Position numbers and translations under genes: made by a program. Positions 18,363-29,142 of a stretch of 59,166 nt of DNA are shown here, piece by piece (position 1 is the stretch's first letter; each line of letters starts with the position of its first letter). The notes under the pieces are model-generated. The model had not been told where the DNA came from, did not search any database, and saw only the letters and a program-made list of their open reading frames with translations. This stretch comes from Gemmatimonadota bacterium. GTDB taxonomy: Bacteria > 4572-55 > J002. Location of the stretch: NCBI GenBank assembly GCA_003697105.1, contig RFFQ01000138.1, positions 1-59,166 on the forward strand, written 5' to 3'.

Positions 18363-20759
18363 ATGAACAAAAGTTTACTTATGGCATTCGGGGGAGTGCT
18401 GGCATTGCTCGGTGTTGGGGTGTATTGGTGGTTTTCCACCCCTCATTCGGCGGCAGAACAACTTGCCCGTGCCACCGCCTATCAGCAAAAAAAAATGGCG
18501 GAACTTGCCGTGTGGGAGGTCCAAGACCCCGAACGATTTGAAGCCACCAAAGACGAGGTGTACCAGAAAATTATCACGGAATACCAACACGTGCAGACTC
18601 GCTTCCCAGAGTCCAATTTGGGAGATGAGGCGCAACTGGCGATTGGTGATTTTTATGCGGATCAACTGGATGACCCAACGGCAGCCCAAGATGCCTACCA
18701 GCAGATCATTGAGCAGTACGCGGGCAGTAATTCCCATGATGACGCCCTCCTCAACATCGCGCGGATCAAAGCATTCCGGCGTGAAGATGATCGCTTAAAA
18801 TTAGAGGCGATCGAAGACTTAAAGACATTGATCCAGACCTTCCCCGATTCCGGACTAGCAGACGACGCCACCTACGACATCGGCCGGATTTACGAAACCA
18901 TTGACGAAGCCGATGCCGCCTTGGAGTGGTATCAGCGAGTGTTGGACGATTACCCAGATTCCGAATGGGCAGATGATGCCCAACTGGCAAAAGCCCGCAT
19001 CTACGAGTTACACAAGGCAGATGCGGAACGAGCCGCAGATGAATACGGCAAACTGGCGAAAGAACACCCGAACAGTGATCTGGCAAAGACCGCTCAGCAA
19101 AAAAAGGATGAACTGAGCCGGAAAGTAATCGAAGATGCCACCCACACTACCCATCCCAGCCGGGGAGGTGGTGGCGGTAGAATGCCCTTCGACTTTATGC
19201 ACCAGATGGAAGCCGCCGAAGTCCTGCGAAATGAAATTATTGCCGCCCAAAAATTGGATGTGTTGGCCTATGACCTCGATATTAAACTCGACCCCAATGC
19301 CAATTCCCTGCACGGTACCGCAAGGGTTACATTGCAAAATCAGGGTGACGAAAAGGACGAGATCAGCCTTAAATTTTGTCAAGGCATCACGATATTGTCG
19401 ATCCGGAACGGTGACCAATTGCTGGATTTTGAACACGAATACGATAAAGTTGCCATCAACCTGCCGGTACCCCTACCCCCCGGAGAAACCTTAACGCTGG
19501 AATTTAATTACAGCGGTGTGGAAAATGACGCCCCCAGTTGGTCTGGGGATCAGATCGACCCCCACGGAAGTTATTTGCGCTTTGAGTCCAAGTGGTACCC
19601 CCAAAGCCATTGGGGAGACCTGTTCACCGTGAATTTGACCCTTTCCGTGCCGCAACCGTACACCGGCGTCAGTATTGGACGCAAAATCAGTGAAACAAAT
19701 ACGGACGGCACGCATACCAGCATCTGGCAAATGGACCAGCCGGTCTTTGCCATTGTGGTGGCAGCGGCGGAATATGAGATTCAAAAAGGGAATTTTGCCG
19801 GTACGCCCCTCACGGTCTATCTGTTTAAGGAGGATAAAGATAAGCTTGGCGATTATCTGCAGCATACCAAACGTATTTTCCGGTTTTATACGGAAACATT
19901 TGGGGATTATCCCTTTGCAAAGTTTGATGTGGTGGAAATCCCATTTTTCCCTGGCGGGTATGGACCGCCTTCAATGGTGATGATCACCGAAAAGTCAGTC
20001 AAAAAGGGGGACGACGCGATTCCACTGCTGGCGCACGAGATCGCGCATCAATGGTGGGGCAACAAGGTTTCCATCACCATGACTGACGATAGTATTCCGT
20101 GGTTGAACGAAGGCTTTGCCACCTATTCCGATGCCCTTTACTTGGAATCGCAGGGAGACCGGGATGACCTCGTTCAAAAATTGGATGAATTGACTGCGGT
20201 TTATTTCAAGGCAATCAAATTTCAGGAAGATGAACCCATTGCCACTTGCAAATGGGGCAACCCCGCTTACCAGCCAATTGTCTATTACAAAGGGGCTAAG
20301 GTGCTGGATATGTTGCGCTTTGTGATGGGAGACAAAACCTTTTTTGAGGTCATGCGTACCTTCGCCGACCGACATACCTTCCAAAATGTGGGGGTAGCCG
20401 ATTTCCGCACAACGTGCGAGACGGTTTATGGGGATTCCCTGAATTGGTTTTTTGAGCAATGGCTTTACCAACCCGGCGCGTTAGCACTGGAGATCGATTC
20501 CACGCAAGTGACGAAGCAAGACGGACAATATCAAATTGAGGTGGTCATCCACCAAGACCCGCCCTATTTTAAGATGCCGCTGGATGTGAAAATCGATCCG
20601 AACATCGCCGAACGGGTCTGGATTGAAACAGGAGATTTGCACTTGCACTTCCGTTCCCCGAAAAAACCGAAAACAATGACCGTTGATGGTGAGAATTGGC
20701 TGTTGAAAATGCCTTCCCAACAGCATCTGAAGCGAGATTTAAGTAACGACGTTTCCTAA
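18363..20759 (+). CDS. Membrane-anchored TPR-repeat M1 family zinc metallopeptidase
   Basis: N-terminal TM; TPR repeats 'YP.S..ADDA'; 'HEIAHQWWG' plus 'WLNEGFATY'; 'YYKG'. Confidence 0.85.
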   Translation: MNKSLLMAFGGVLALLGVGVYWWFSTPHSAAEQLARATAYQQKKMAELAVWEVQDPERFEATKDEVYQKIITEYQHVQTRFPESNLGDEAQLAIGDFYADQLDDPTAAQDAYQQIIEQYAGSNSHDDALLNIARIKAFRREDDRLKLEAIEDLKTLIQTFPDSGLADDATYDIGRIYETIDEADAALEWYQRVLDDYPDSEWADDAQLAKARIYELHKADAERAADEYGKLAKEHPNSDLAKTAQQKKDELSRKVIEDATHTTHPSRGGGGGRMPFDFMHQMEAAEVLRNEIIAAQKLDVLAYDLDIKLDPNANSLHGTARVTLQNQGDEKDEISLKFCQGITILSIRNGDQLLDFEHEYDKVAINLPVPLPPGETLTLEFNYSGVENDAPSWSGDQIDPHGSYLRFESKWYPQSHWGDLFTVNLTLSVPQPYTGVSIGRKISETNTDGTHTSIWQMDQPVFAIVVAAAEYEIQKGNFAGTPLTVYLFKEDKDKLGDYLQHTKRIFRFYTETFGDYPFAKFDVVEIPFFPGGYGPPSMVMITEKSVKKGDDAIPLLAHEIAHQWWGNKVSITMTDDSIPWLNEGFATYSDALYLESQGDRDDLVQKLDELTAVYFKAIKFQEDEPIATCKWGNPAYQPIVYYKGAKVLDMLRFVMGDKTFFEVMRTFADRHTFQNVGVADFRTTCETVYGDSLNWFFEQWLYQPGALALEIDSTQVTKQDGQYQIEVVIHQDPPYFKMPLDVKIDPNIAERVWIETGDLHLHFRSPKKPKTMTVDGENWLLKMPSQQHLKRDLSNDVS

Positions 20760-20799
20760 CCTTAAACCGGACGTTGCTCTTTTACCCCCCCCTTAAACT

Positions 20800-21462
20800 G
20801 TGAACATTTTTATTCTTATTCCGGCGTACAATGCGGCGAAAACACTGCCCGATGTGATAGATCGCCTCTCACAAGTGGTCTCCCCCCACCAACTCATTGT
20901 TGTGGATGATGGTTCGACGGATAACACCGCCACAGTCCTTCAACATTACGGCGTGGTAGTTCTCTCCCACCCACAAAATCAAGGAAAAGGCGCGGCACTC
21001 CGTACGGGGATGGACTACGCCCTACGCCACGGTGCCCGAGCAGTAATTACCCTAGATGCCGACGGTCAACACGACCCGCAGGAACTGCCGCAATTTTTGA
21101 AGCATTCATCCGCAGACCTCGTCATCGGTACCCGGGAACATACCCTGAAAAGTACCCCGTTTCATCGTTACCTTTCCAACAGCATTACCTCACTGATCTT
21201 ATCTCTGGTAGCGAAACAGCGCATCCGGGACAGCCAATCCGGCTACCGGTTGCTCTCTGCCCGGGTGATGCGAACAATCAACTTGGTAACCCACCGGTAC
21301 GAAACCGAGTCCGAAATCCTGATCAAAGCGGGGCGACGGGGTTTCTCTATTGACGCTCTGCCTATTCAAACGGTATATTCACGGGAAAATATCAGCCACA
21401 TTCAACCATTGCGAGACACATGGCGCTTTATCGTTCTCATTTTTCGCAGTTTTTTCTGGTGA
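20800..21462 (+). CDS. Glycosyltransferase family 2 (DPM1-like)
   Basis: 'IPAYN', 'VDDGSTD', 'GKGAAL', 'DADGQH', 'DSQSGYR'. Confidence 0.92.
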   Translation: MNIFILIPAYNAAKTLPDVIDRLSQVVSPHQLIVVDDGSTDNTATVLQHYGVVVLSHPQNQGKGAALRTGMDYALRHGARAVITLDADGQHDPQELPQFLKHSSADLVIGTREHTLKSTPFHRYLSNSITSLILSLVAKQRIRDSQSGYRLLSARVMRTINLVTHRYETESEILIKAGRRGFSIDALPIQTVYSRENISHIQPLRDTWRFIVLIFRSFFW

Positions 21463-22583
21463 TGCTCCTTTTTGCGGCGCGTCTGCTCTACGCCCAACCC
21501 GAAGAGGAGACATGGGATGAGCTAGAATACTTCCAGAACCGGAATGAACCCTATCATATTTTTGCGGATTCGCTGGATTCCCGCGAGCAGTGGAATCAAG
21601 AACGGCTGACAACATTAGTTGGTAATGTCCGGTTAGTGCAAGGTGATTTAACCCTCAAAGCCGATAAAGCGTGGATTTACCATAAAGCAGAACGAACGTT
21701 ATTAGAAGGCAATGTGCACATCATCGATGAGCGGGGAGAAATTACCGCCGACTATGGGACGTATGATCGGGCGAAACGGTTTGCCCGGCTACGTGGCAAT
21801 GTTCACGCCGCTGATTCGGTTTACTCGATAACATCTCAGTTTGCCACGTATGATCAGCCCTCTCAGGTGGCTGTGGCGGATAAACAGGTGCAGTTGACGG
21901 ATACCCAAAATCATATCACCCTCACCGGTGACCGGTTGCGTTACGAACGTACCTTGCAATATGCGGTCATGACGGGCTCTCCCAAATTAGTACGGCACGC
22001 GCCAGAAGATACCAGCACGATCACGATCACGGCTGAAAAAATGGAGTTATTTCAAACTGAGCGCAAAGCCGTCGCCACGGGGAATGTCGTCATTGAGCGG
22101 GATGAGATGACAGCGACATGTCTGGTCGCCACATACTATGATACTGACGAACGGCTGGTGCTGGCTGGCAAACCACAGGCAAAACAGGGACAAAACGAGA
22201 TGGCGGCGGATGAAATCCGTTTCTTTTTTGCGGATCGACATCTAAAACGCGTGGAATTACAGGGGAACAGTCAAGCATTTTATCTACCGGCGGATTCATT
22301 GGCGGGGGAGATTCCACCCAGTACGGTTGCCGGAGATTCCATCGGAATTTTATTTGAAAATGATCAAATTCAGCAGATTGACATTGCCGGACATGCTCTG
22401 AGTGTCTATTTCCCGGATGATCCGGATCAGCGGGGCAATTGGAATCGCTCCCAAGGTGAACACATCCGCTTGCTCATGCAAGACGGCAAGCCAGAGCGGA
22501 TCAAAATTGAGGGAGGTGCGGCAGGAACTTATCAGTTTTTGGAAAAAGGTAATCATGAACGAAACGGCAAATCTCCGTTGTGA
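21420..22583 (+). CDS. LptA/OstA-like beta-jellyroll LPS transport protein
   Basis: Signal peptide; repeated 'GNV....' OstA-like strands; directly upstream of lptB. Confidence 0.8.
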   Translation: MALYRSHFSQFFLVMLLFAARLLYAQPEEETWDELEYFQNRNEPYHIFADSLDSREQWNQERLTTLVGNVRLVQGDLTLKADKAWIYHKAERTLLEGNVHIIDERGEITADYGTYDRAKRFARLRGNVHAADSVYSITSQFATYDQPSQVAVADKQVQLTDTQNHITLTGDRLRYERTLQYAVMTGSPKLVRHAPEDTSTITITAEKMELFQTERKAVATGNVVIERDEMTATCLVATYYDTDERLVLAGKPQAKQGQNEMAADEIRFFFADRHLKRVELQGNSQAFYLPADSLAGEIPPSTVAGDSIGILFENDQIQQIDIAGHALSVYFPDDPDQRGNWNRSQGEHIRLLMQDGKPERIKIEGGAAGTYQFLEKGNHERNGKSPL

Positions 22584-23286
22584 AAAGCTGGTTAAAGTTT
22601 ACCGTAAACGGACGGTAGTGCGCGAGGTCAGTATAGAGGTCAAGCAAGGTGAAATTGTGGGGCTGCTCGGTCCCAACGGCGCCGGTAAAACCACCACCTT
22701 TTACATGATTGTCGGTATGATTCGCCCCAACCGGGGTAAAGTACTCCTCGATGAAACAGACATCACCAAATTGCCCATGTACCGACGGGCACGGCTGGGG
22801 ATTGGTTATTTAGCCCAAGAATCCTCCATTTTCCGCAAAATGACGGTCAAAGATAACATTTTGGCGATTTTGGAGACGATGCCGCTCTCCCGTTCCGAGC
22901 GAAAACAACGGCTGGAAGAATTGCTGGAAGAGCTTTCCATTGGACATCTGGTCAATAGTAAAGCATACACGCTCTCTGGGGGAGAACGCCGCCGGGTGGA
23001 AATCACCCGGGTACTGGCAACCAAGCCTAAATTTATCCTGCTGGATGAACCTTTTGCGGGCATTGACCCCATCGCCGTGGAAGATATTCAGCAGATCGTC
23101 TCCGAACTGGCAGGGAAAGGGTTGGGGATTTTGATCACAGATCATAACGTGCGCGAAACGCTCTCGATCACGGATCGAGCTTACATTTTATCGGAAGGAC
23201 AAATTCGGCGTAGCGGCACAGCGGAATTTTTAGCGAATGACCCCGAAACCCGCAAGATTTATCTCGGCGAAAAATTCAGATTGTAA
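22555..23286 (+). CDS. lptB: LPS export ABC transporter ATP-binding protein
   Basis: '[13 protein letters not shown]', '[11 protein letters not shown]', '[10 protein letters not shown]', '[10 protein letters not shown]'; likely ATG at 22555. Confidence 0.95.
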   Translation: MNETANLRCEKLVKVYRKRTVVREVSIEVKQGEIVGLLGPNGAGKTTTFYMIVGMIRPNRGKVLLDETDITKLPMYRRARLGIGYLAQESSIFRKMTVKDNILAILETMPLSRSERKQRLEELLEELSIGHLVNSKAYTLSGGERRRVEITRVLATKPKFILLDEPFAGIDPIAVEDIQQIVSELAGKGLGILITDHNVRETLSITDRAYILSEGQIRRSGTAEFLANDPETRKIYLGEKFRL

Positions 23287-23354
23287 GCGTTCAGCTTGAA
23301 ATAAAAACTCCGAAGCCATTCGCCGAGAGGCGATAACCCCGGAGTATCTGGGAT

Positions 23355-23384
23355 TGAGTATTGAGAGGAGGTTCTCAATGCTCA
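23355..23384. terminator. Hairpin between convergent lptB and the repair gene
   Basis: TGAGTATTGAGA-N6-TCTCAATGCTCA stem. Confidence 0.4.
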
Positions 23385-24053
23385 TTTTTTCTTTCGGGCA
23401 CGTCCTTTTTGGATATATTCCACCGCTGATGGCGTTTTACAGCCGGTCTCTCCGTGATCTACTGCGACGGTACCGATACGTTCTGCCACAGCAATAGCTT
23501 TCTCTGCTAAGGCATCACTCCGCAGCCCGAGGGCAATCAAGGCGCCGTTCATCGCGTAACGTATCCGGTTTTTGCTCTGATGAATGCGTGCTTCGATCTG
23601 CGGAAGATACGCTTCAAAATACGCATCGGGTAATTTTTTGTCTTTCATTGCCAAATGTGCCAGCACATTCCAACCGGTTGAGCCAATCCATTCCTCTTCC
23701 GCCAAAACCCACTGTTCCATTTTGGTTTGTGCCAACGCCGTTTTAGCAACATACGCTGATAAGGCATCACAGATAACGTAATTGTTCAAATCCGTCACCC
23801 ACTGGTCCAGTAATGTGTCATCGGCTTGTTGGGGATCGGCGATTTTGGTTGCCAATACTCGGGCATCATGATTACCACTTGCCCACAATGCCGTAGCTAA
23901 GGCATGATCGACCTTAATCTGCTTTTTCAGTTTATCCAGATTGGCGTAACTGACCCCGAACACCGGTTCAGGTACACCGTGCCGCTGATAAACTTTACGG
24001 TTTTGGGCGGTACCGGCGGCTTCCAAGGCATGCATGGCTTCTTCGTAGGTCAT
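23382..24053 (-). CDS. DNA alkylation repair protein (AlkD-like HEAT family)
   Basis: 'FGVS...L.K.IK.DH.LA.ALW.SGN.DAR.LA' and C-terminal 'GCKTP.A..YI'. Confidence 0.8.
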   Translation of the reverse strand: MTYEEAMHALEAAGTAQNRKVYQRHGVPEPVFGVSYANLDKLKKQIKVDHALATALWASGNHDARVLATKIADPQQADDTLLDQWVTDLNNYVICDALSAYVAKTALAQTKMEQWVLAEEEWIGSTGWNVLAHLAMKDKKLPDAYFEAYLPQIEARIHQSKNRIRYAMNGALIALGLRSDALAEKAIAVAERIGTVAVDHGETGCKTPSAVEYIQKGRARKKK

Positions 24054-24069
24054 GATTTTCCTCTAGCTT

Positions 24070-26556
24070 TTAATCGAATTGAATCGGACAAGGTTTAATT
24101 CCCCAAATTTCCGCCGCATATTGCCGGATGGTGCGGTCGGTGGTGAATTTGCCGGAGTTTGCCACATTCAAAATCGACATACGAGTCCAGCGCGGTTCAT
24201 CCTGATATGCCTTTTCCACCTCTGCCTGACATGCCACATACGCGGCGTAATCTGCCAATAAGCAATAATAATCGCCATCGTGCAACAGGGAATTGACAAT
24301 CGGATGGAACAGATCGCGCTGTTGGGTGCAAAACATCCCGTCTGCGATGCTATCAATCACCCTTTTGAGTTCTGGATTGGACTGATAATATTCCCAAGGA
24401 TTGTAACCATTGTTACGGAGTTCCCGCACTTCGTTTGCTTTTAAGCCGAAGATGAACATATTATCCTCCCCGACTTCCTCCAGAATTTCCACATTTGCAC
24501 CATCCAGCGTCCCAATGGTGACCGCTCCGTTGAGCATGAATTTCATGTTCCCCGTGCCGGAAGCTTCCATGCCGGCGGTGGAAATCTGTTCGGAGAGGTC
24601 CGCGCCCGGGAAGAGAATCTGCGCTTGGGAGACGTTATAATTGGGCACAAACGCCACCCGTAATTTGCCGAGGGTATCGGGGTCGCGGTTGACCACTTCC
24701 GCTACCGAATTTATCAATTTGATGATCAATTTTGCCATATAGTAACCGGGAGCGGCTTTACCCCCGAAAATAACCGTACGCGGTTGAAACGGGGCTTGCG
24801 GGTTCGCTTTGAGGCGGTGATAGAGCGTGATCACATGAAGTACGTTCAGCAGTTGGCGTTTATACTCGTGCATCCGCTTAATTTGAATGTCAAACATGGA
24901 TGCCGGATCGACCTGCACGGCGCATTTCAGTTGGATATGTTTTGCTAAATCCACCTTATTTTGGTATTTCACCTGACGCCACGCCTGCTGAAATTCGACA
25001 TCATCGGCATACGGGATCAACTCTTTCAGTTTATTCAAGTCACGAATCCATCCATCGCCGATAGTATCCGTAATTAAGGCAGATAAGCGTGGATTGGCGA
25101 GGAGCAACCAACGCCGGTGGGTAATTCCGTTGGTTTTATTATTGAATTTTGCCGGAAAAAATTCATGAAAATAGGGGAATACCTCATTTTTGATGATCTG
25201 GGTATGCAGTTCTGCCACACCATTGACGGAATGGCTACCGATAATGCAGAGATTCGCCATCCGCACCCGTTTTTCGTCCCCTTCTTCAATGATGGACATC
25301 TCCCGCAAGCGGTCCACATCGCCCGGATAACGGACATTGATACGATCCAAGAAGCGCTGGTTGATTTCATAAATAATTTGCAGGTGGCGGGGAAGCATTC
25401 GCTCAATGAGCGGCACGCGCCACCGTTCGAGGGCTTCCGGCAATACGGTGTGATTGGTGTAGCCAAAGGTGCGGGTGGTAATGTCCCATGCTTTATCCCA
25501 CGGCACCGCTTCCCCATCGACGAGACGCCGCATCAGTTCCGGGATGGCTAATGCGGGATGAGTATCGTTCAGTTGGACGGATATTTTTTCTGGAAATTTA
25601 TCAAAGGTGTCGTATTTTTTCCGGTAACGCCGGATGATGTCTTGCAATGTTGCCGAAACAAAGAAATATTCTTGCTTGAGGCGTAACTCTTTCCCTCGCA
25701 AAACGGTATCATTGGGGTACAATACGCGGGTAATGTTCTCCGTCTCGTTTTTGTGTTCTACAGCGCCCACATAATCCCCGGCGTTAAAATCGCTGAAATC
25801 AAACTCTCGTGTTGATTTTGCCGCCCACAGTCGCATGGTATTGACCGTGTTACAGCCATAGCCGGCAATGGGCACATCGTATGCCATTGCCATGACATTT
25901 TCGGTATCGACCCATTGGTTATGTATCCGCCCATGAGCATCGCTGTACTGGTGAACTCGCCCGTAAAATTGTACGGGATACAGATATTCCGGGCGTGGAA
26001 ATTCCCAGACATTGCCATAGCGTAGCCAATTATCGGGGGATTCGGTTTGGTACCCATTTTCGATATGCTGGTTGAAAATCCCGTATTCGTAGCGGATGGT
26101 GTAGCCGTATGCGGGCAGTTCTAAGGTTGCCATGGAGTCCAAAAAACAGGCGGCGAGCCGTCCCAAACCACCATTTCCAAGCCCGGCGTCGTTTTCCATC
26201 TGGCGAATGTCTTCTAACCGGTAGCCTAACTCCTGCAATGCCTGTTCGACCTGTTTAAAAATCCCTAAATTGATCAAATTATTACCCAACAATCGCCCGA
26301 TTAAGAATTCTAAGGATAGATAGTAAACCCGTTTTACATCTTGATCGTAATAGGCTTGTTGGGTTTTAATCCAGCGTTCCACCAACAGGTCTCGCACCGC
26401 AAGCGCCACACTCTGATAGCGATCTAAGGCGGTCGCAGAGTACTCATCTTTCGCGATGGAAAAGGTGAGGCGATTGATAAAGGACTGTTTGAGCGACGCG
26501 ACATCCATTTGATGCCGCTTGGGTTGGGGGTATGCTGACTTCGACGCGTTTTTCAT
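24070..26556 (-). CDS. glgP: Glycogen phosphorylase
   Basis: 'GLGNGGLGRLAAC', 'QLNDTHP', 'KRMHEYKRQ', PLP site 'EASGTGNMK'. Confidence 0.97.
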   Translation of the reverse strand: MKNASKSAYPQPKRHQMDVASLKQSFINRLTFSIAKDEYSATALDRYQSVALAVRDLLVERWIKTQQAYYDQDVKRVYYLSLEFLIGRLLGNNLINLGIFKQVEQALQELGYRLEDIRQMENDAGLGNGGLGRLAACFLDSMATLELPAYGYTIRYEYGIFNQHIENGYQTESPDNWLRYGNVWEFPRPEYLYPVQFYGRVHQYSDAHGRIHNQWVDTENVMAMAYDVPIAGYGCNTVNTMRLWAAKSTREFDFSDFNAGDYVGAVEHKNETENITRVLYPNDTVLRGKELRLKQEYFFVSATLQDIIRRYRKKYDTFDKFPEKISVQLNDTHPALAIPELMRRLVDGEAVPWDKAWDITTRTFGYTNHTVLPEALERWRVPLIERMLPRHLQIIYEINQRFLDRINVRYPGDVDRLREMSIIEEGDEKRVRMANLCIIGSHSVNGVAELHTQIIKNEVFPYFHEFFPAKFNNKTNGITHRRWLLLANPRLSALITDTIGDGWIRDLNKLKELIPYADDVEFQQAWRQVKYQNKVDLAKHIQLKCAVQVDPASMFDIQIKRMHEYKRQLLNVLHVITLYHRLKANPQAPFQPRTVIFGGKAAPGYYMAKLIIKLINSVAEVVNRDPDTLGKLRVAFVPNYNVSQAQILFPGADLSEQISTAGMEASGTGNMKFMLNGAVTIGTLDGANVEILEEVGEDNMFIFGLKANEVRELRNNGYNPWEYYQSNPELKRVIDSIADGMFCTQQRDLFHPIVNSLLHDGDYYCLLADYAAYVACQAEVEKAYQDEPRWTRMSILNVANSGKFTTDRTIRQYAAEIWGIKPCPIQFD

Positions 26557-26585
26557 AAAAGCTATTCCTCATTTGGATGGTAAAC

Positions 26586-27056
26586 TCAAATTAACAAAGC
26601 ACCTTCGTGGCGTAATAGCCACTCTTTGCGCCACAAGCCACCCGCATAACCGGTCAGTTTGCCGTTGCTACCAATAACGCGATGGCAAGGGATGACAATT
26701 GAAATTTTGTTTTTGCCGTTTGCCGCTCCCACGGCACGAATCGCTTTGAGATTTCCGAATTGCAAGGCAATATCTTTATAGGTTCGGGTTTCTCCATAAG
26801 GGATTTGGCGCACAATTTCCCACACCTTCTGCTGAAACTTAGTACCATTCAGGACAAGATTCATCTCAAATTCGCGCCGTTTCCCCTGAAAATATTCGTC
26901 TAATTGCAACACATACGGTTCCAAACTGGGGTGCTGTTGGGTATGGTCTACATATTTGCTCTGGACAAAATTCAGCGCCTGCAGGGCATATTCATTACCT
27001 TCCAATTCAATCAGCCCGATGGGTGACGCATAGTACGTTTTATAGGTCGCATCCAT
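26586..27056 (-). CDS. ogt: Methylated-DNA--protein-cysteine methyltransferase
   Basis: 'RAVG.ANG.N....IPCHRV'; likely start MDATYK at 27056. Confidence 0.93.
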   Translation of the reverse strand: MDATYKTYYASPIGLIELEGNEYALQALNFVQSKYVDHTQQHPSLEPYVLQLDEYFQGKRREFEMNLVLNGTKFQQKVWEIVRQIPYGETRTYKDIALQFGNLKAIRAVGAANGKNKISIVIPCHRVIGSNGKLTGYAGGLWRKEWLLRHEGALLI

Positions 27057-27082
27057 ATTTGAGAACCTCAAAAATCTCAATG

Positions 27083-27140
27083 ACCCCGCCTGTTAGCGGG
27101 GGGATGGCAGGTGTTTCGGCGCGGGTTTGTCTCCCGCGCC
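27083..27140. terminator. Two GC-rich hairpins between OPT and ogt
   Basis: CCCCGC..GCGGGG and GGCGCGGG-N7-CCCGCGCC; no clear U tract. Confidence 0.3.
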
Positions 27141-27144
27141 ACGC

Positions 27145-29100
27145 CTATGTCTCAGTAGAATTTAGACTACTTTTCGCAATCCGCCAAAGCGAGAAGGTTA
27201 AGATGGTAAACGCGAATACTGAGAACAATTTTGCGGTGACTTCTGCTTCCAGCCCAACGATTGCCCCTAAATGGGCAATCCAGCCATCGGCAAATTCCAA
27301 ATTGAACGCACCCAGCCACTGTTCATTTTGCATCCAAGCAATCAGCGCAATTAATACGCCCATCAAGCCTTCGCCCGCGATTAACCCGGAGCTATACAAG
27401 ATGCCTTTTTCAGTCAGGTCTTCTGTTTCCTCCGCGTCATCCTGATCATTTTTGCGATGGAGCACCCATTTGACCAACCCACCAATCATGATCGGTGTAC
27501 TGAGGTGGATGGGCAAATACAACCCGACCGCAAAAGGTAGCACCGGGATACCCAGCAATTCGACGACTAATCCGATGAACACCCCGATAAAGACCAGTGC
27601 CCACGGTAGATTGCCGTTGACGATGCCTTCCACAACCAGTTTCATCAAGGTGGCTTGCGGTGCCGCCAATTCTTTGGAACCAAAGCCGTAGGTGGAATGG
27701 AGCAGATGTAGCACCCAGCCAATCGTCAATGCGGAAACGATCACCCCAATGACCTCACCCACTTGCTGGCGATGGGGTGTTGCACCGACCAAAAATCCCG
27801 TTTTCAAATCTTGTGAAGTATCTCCGGCGATAGAAGCCGCTACACAGATGATCGCACCCACACTGAGCGAGGCGACCATACATTCCATGCCCGTTAAGCC
27901 GGTCATCTTGAAGATAATGGTCGAAAACAACAATGTTGCAATGGTCATTCCCGAAACCGGTAGAGAGGAGCCACCGACAATCCCGACTAACTCGGAAGAA
28001 ACCGTCACAAAGAAGAAACCAAACAATGCCACCATTGCCGCACCCCAAAACCCGATGGGGAACACCGGTGCAATAGCAATCAAAGCGATAATCAAACCCG
28101 TACCGATGATAACCCAAATCATGGGCATATCGCTATCGGTGCGGAGCGAATCACTTTGGGCAAATCCCTGCTTGATACCCCCCAATGCGGTTTGAAAGGC
28201 ATTAATAATGATGGGCAGGGCTTTAATTAGGCTGATAATCCCCCCGAATGCCACCGCACCCGCCCCAATATACCGAATGTAATAATTCCAGATACTCCAA
28301 TGATCCAGTTGGCCGAGTGGCTCGGTCGCGGGGTAAATGGCTTCTGGTACATACTGCCCCAAATAATGAATGGCGGGAATGAGTACCAGCCACCCCAATA
28401 CCGCCCCCGAAAGTAGATATGCACTGATCCGGGCACCGATGATATAACCAACGCCTAATAATGCCGGAATCAAATCGCCGCCAACAACCGCTTTCTCGTA
28501 CTGGGGAATCGGTAACGCCTGATCCACCTCTGAGTGAATCAGTTTGATGCCGGTCAAAAACTTATAAAACATCCCCACCCCTAATCCGACAAATACGGTT
28601 TTGGCACTCACGCCGCCTTTTTCCCCGGCGAGGAGCACTTCCGCACAAGCCGTACCTTCTGGGTAGGGTAACCGGTGATGTTCTTGGATGATCAAAAACC
28701 GGCGCAAGGGTACCATCATCAGGACACCAATAAGCCCACCGGTGAGTCCGATCAGGGCAATGCGCGTCAAGCCGGGGTCAAAATGCCAGAGGAATAAGGC
28801 GGGTACGGTGAAGATGATCCCGGCGGCAAGTGATTCCCCGGCAGAACCAATGGTTTGTACCATGTTGTTTTCAAGGATAGAATCCCGGCGGAGGAACCCG
28901 CGAATAATCGCCATTGAAATCACGGCCGCCGGAATCGAGGCACTGACGGTCATCCCCACTTTTAAGCCAAGATAGGCATTGGCGGCACCAAATACCACCG
29001 CCAGCAACAACCCCACAATTAACGCCGTAGGGGTGAATTCTTTCGGGCTTTCATGGGGGGACACATACGGTTGGATACCAGGGTCTTTATGCGTTGCCAT
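27145..29100 (-). CDS. OPT family oligopeptide transporter
   Basis: 'NAYLGLKVG.TVSASIPAAVIS', 'YPEGTACAEVL', 'QDLKTG', 'APQATLM'. Confidence 0.93.
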   Translation of the reverse strand: MATHKDPGIQPYVSPHESPKEFTPTALIVGLLLAVVFGAANAYLGLKVGMTVSASIPAAVISMAIIRGFLRRDSILENNMVQTIGSAGESLAAGIIFTVPALFLWHFDPGLTRIALIGLTGGLIGVLMMVPLRRFLIIQEHHRLPYPEGTACAEVLLAGEKGGVSAKTVFVGLGVGMFYKFLTGIKLIHSEVDQALPIPQYEKAVVGGDLIPALLGVGYIIGARISAYLLSGAVLGWLVLIPAIHYLGQYVPEAIYPATEPLGQLDHWSIWNYYIRYIGAGAVAFGGIISLIKALPIIINAFQTALGGIKQGFAQSDSLRTDSDMPMIWVIIGTGLIIALIAIAPVFPIGFWGAAMVALFGFFFVTVSSELVGIVGGSSLPVSGMTIATLLFSTIIFKMTGLTGMECMVASLSVGAIICVAASIAGDTSQDLKTGFLVGATPHRQQVGEVIGVIVSALTIGWVLHLLHSTYGFGSKELAAPQATLMKLVVEGIVNGNLPWALVFIGVFIGLVVELLGIPVLPFAVGLYLPIHLSTPIMIGGLVKWVLHRKNDQDDAEETEDLTEKGILYSSGLIAGEGLMGVLIALIAWMQNEQWLGAFNLEFADGWIAHLGAIVGLEAEVTAKLFSVFAFTILTFSLWRIAKSSLNSTET

Positions 29101-29142
29101 TGTTCCATCCAATCTAATCTGGGGGTGATAAAATAAGATGTT

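Noticed and set aside
29113-29135. Inverted repeat at the proposed inversion breakpoints (TTTATCACC shared with ~47964-47972)
   Set aside because: Only 9 bp and inside the cca coding start; could easily be chance.
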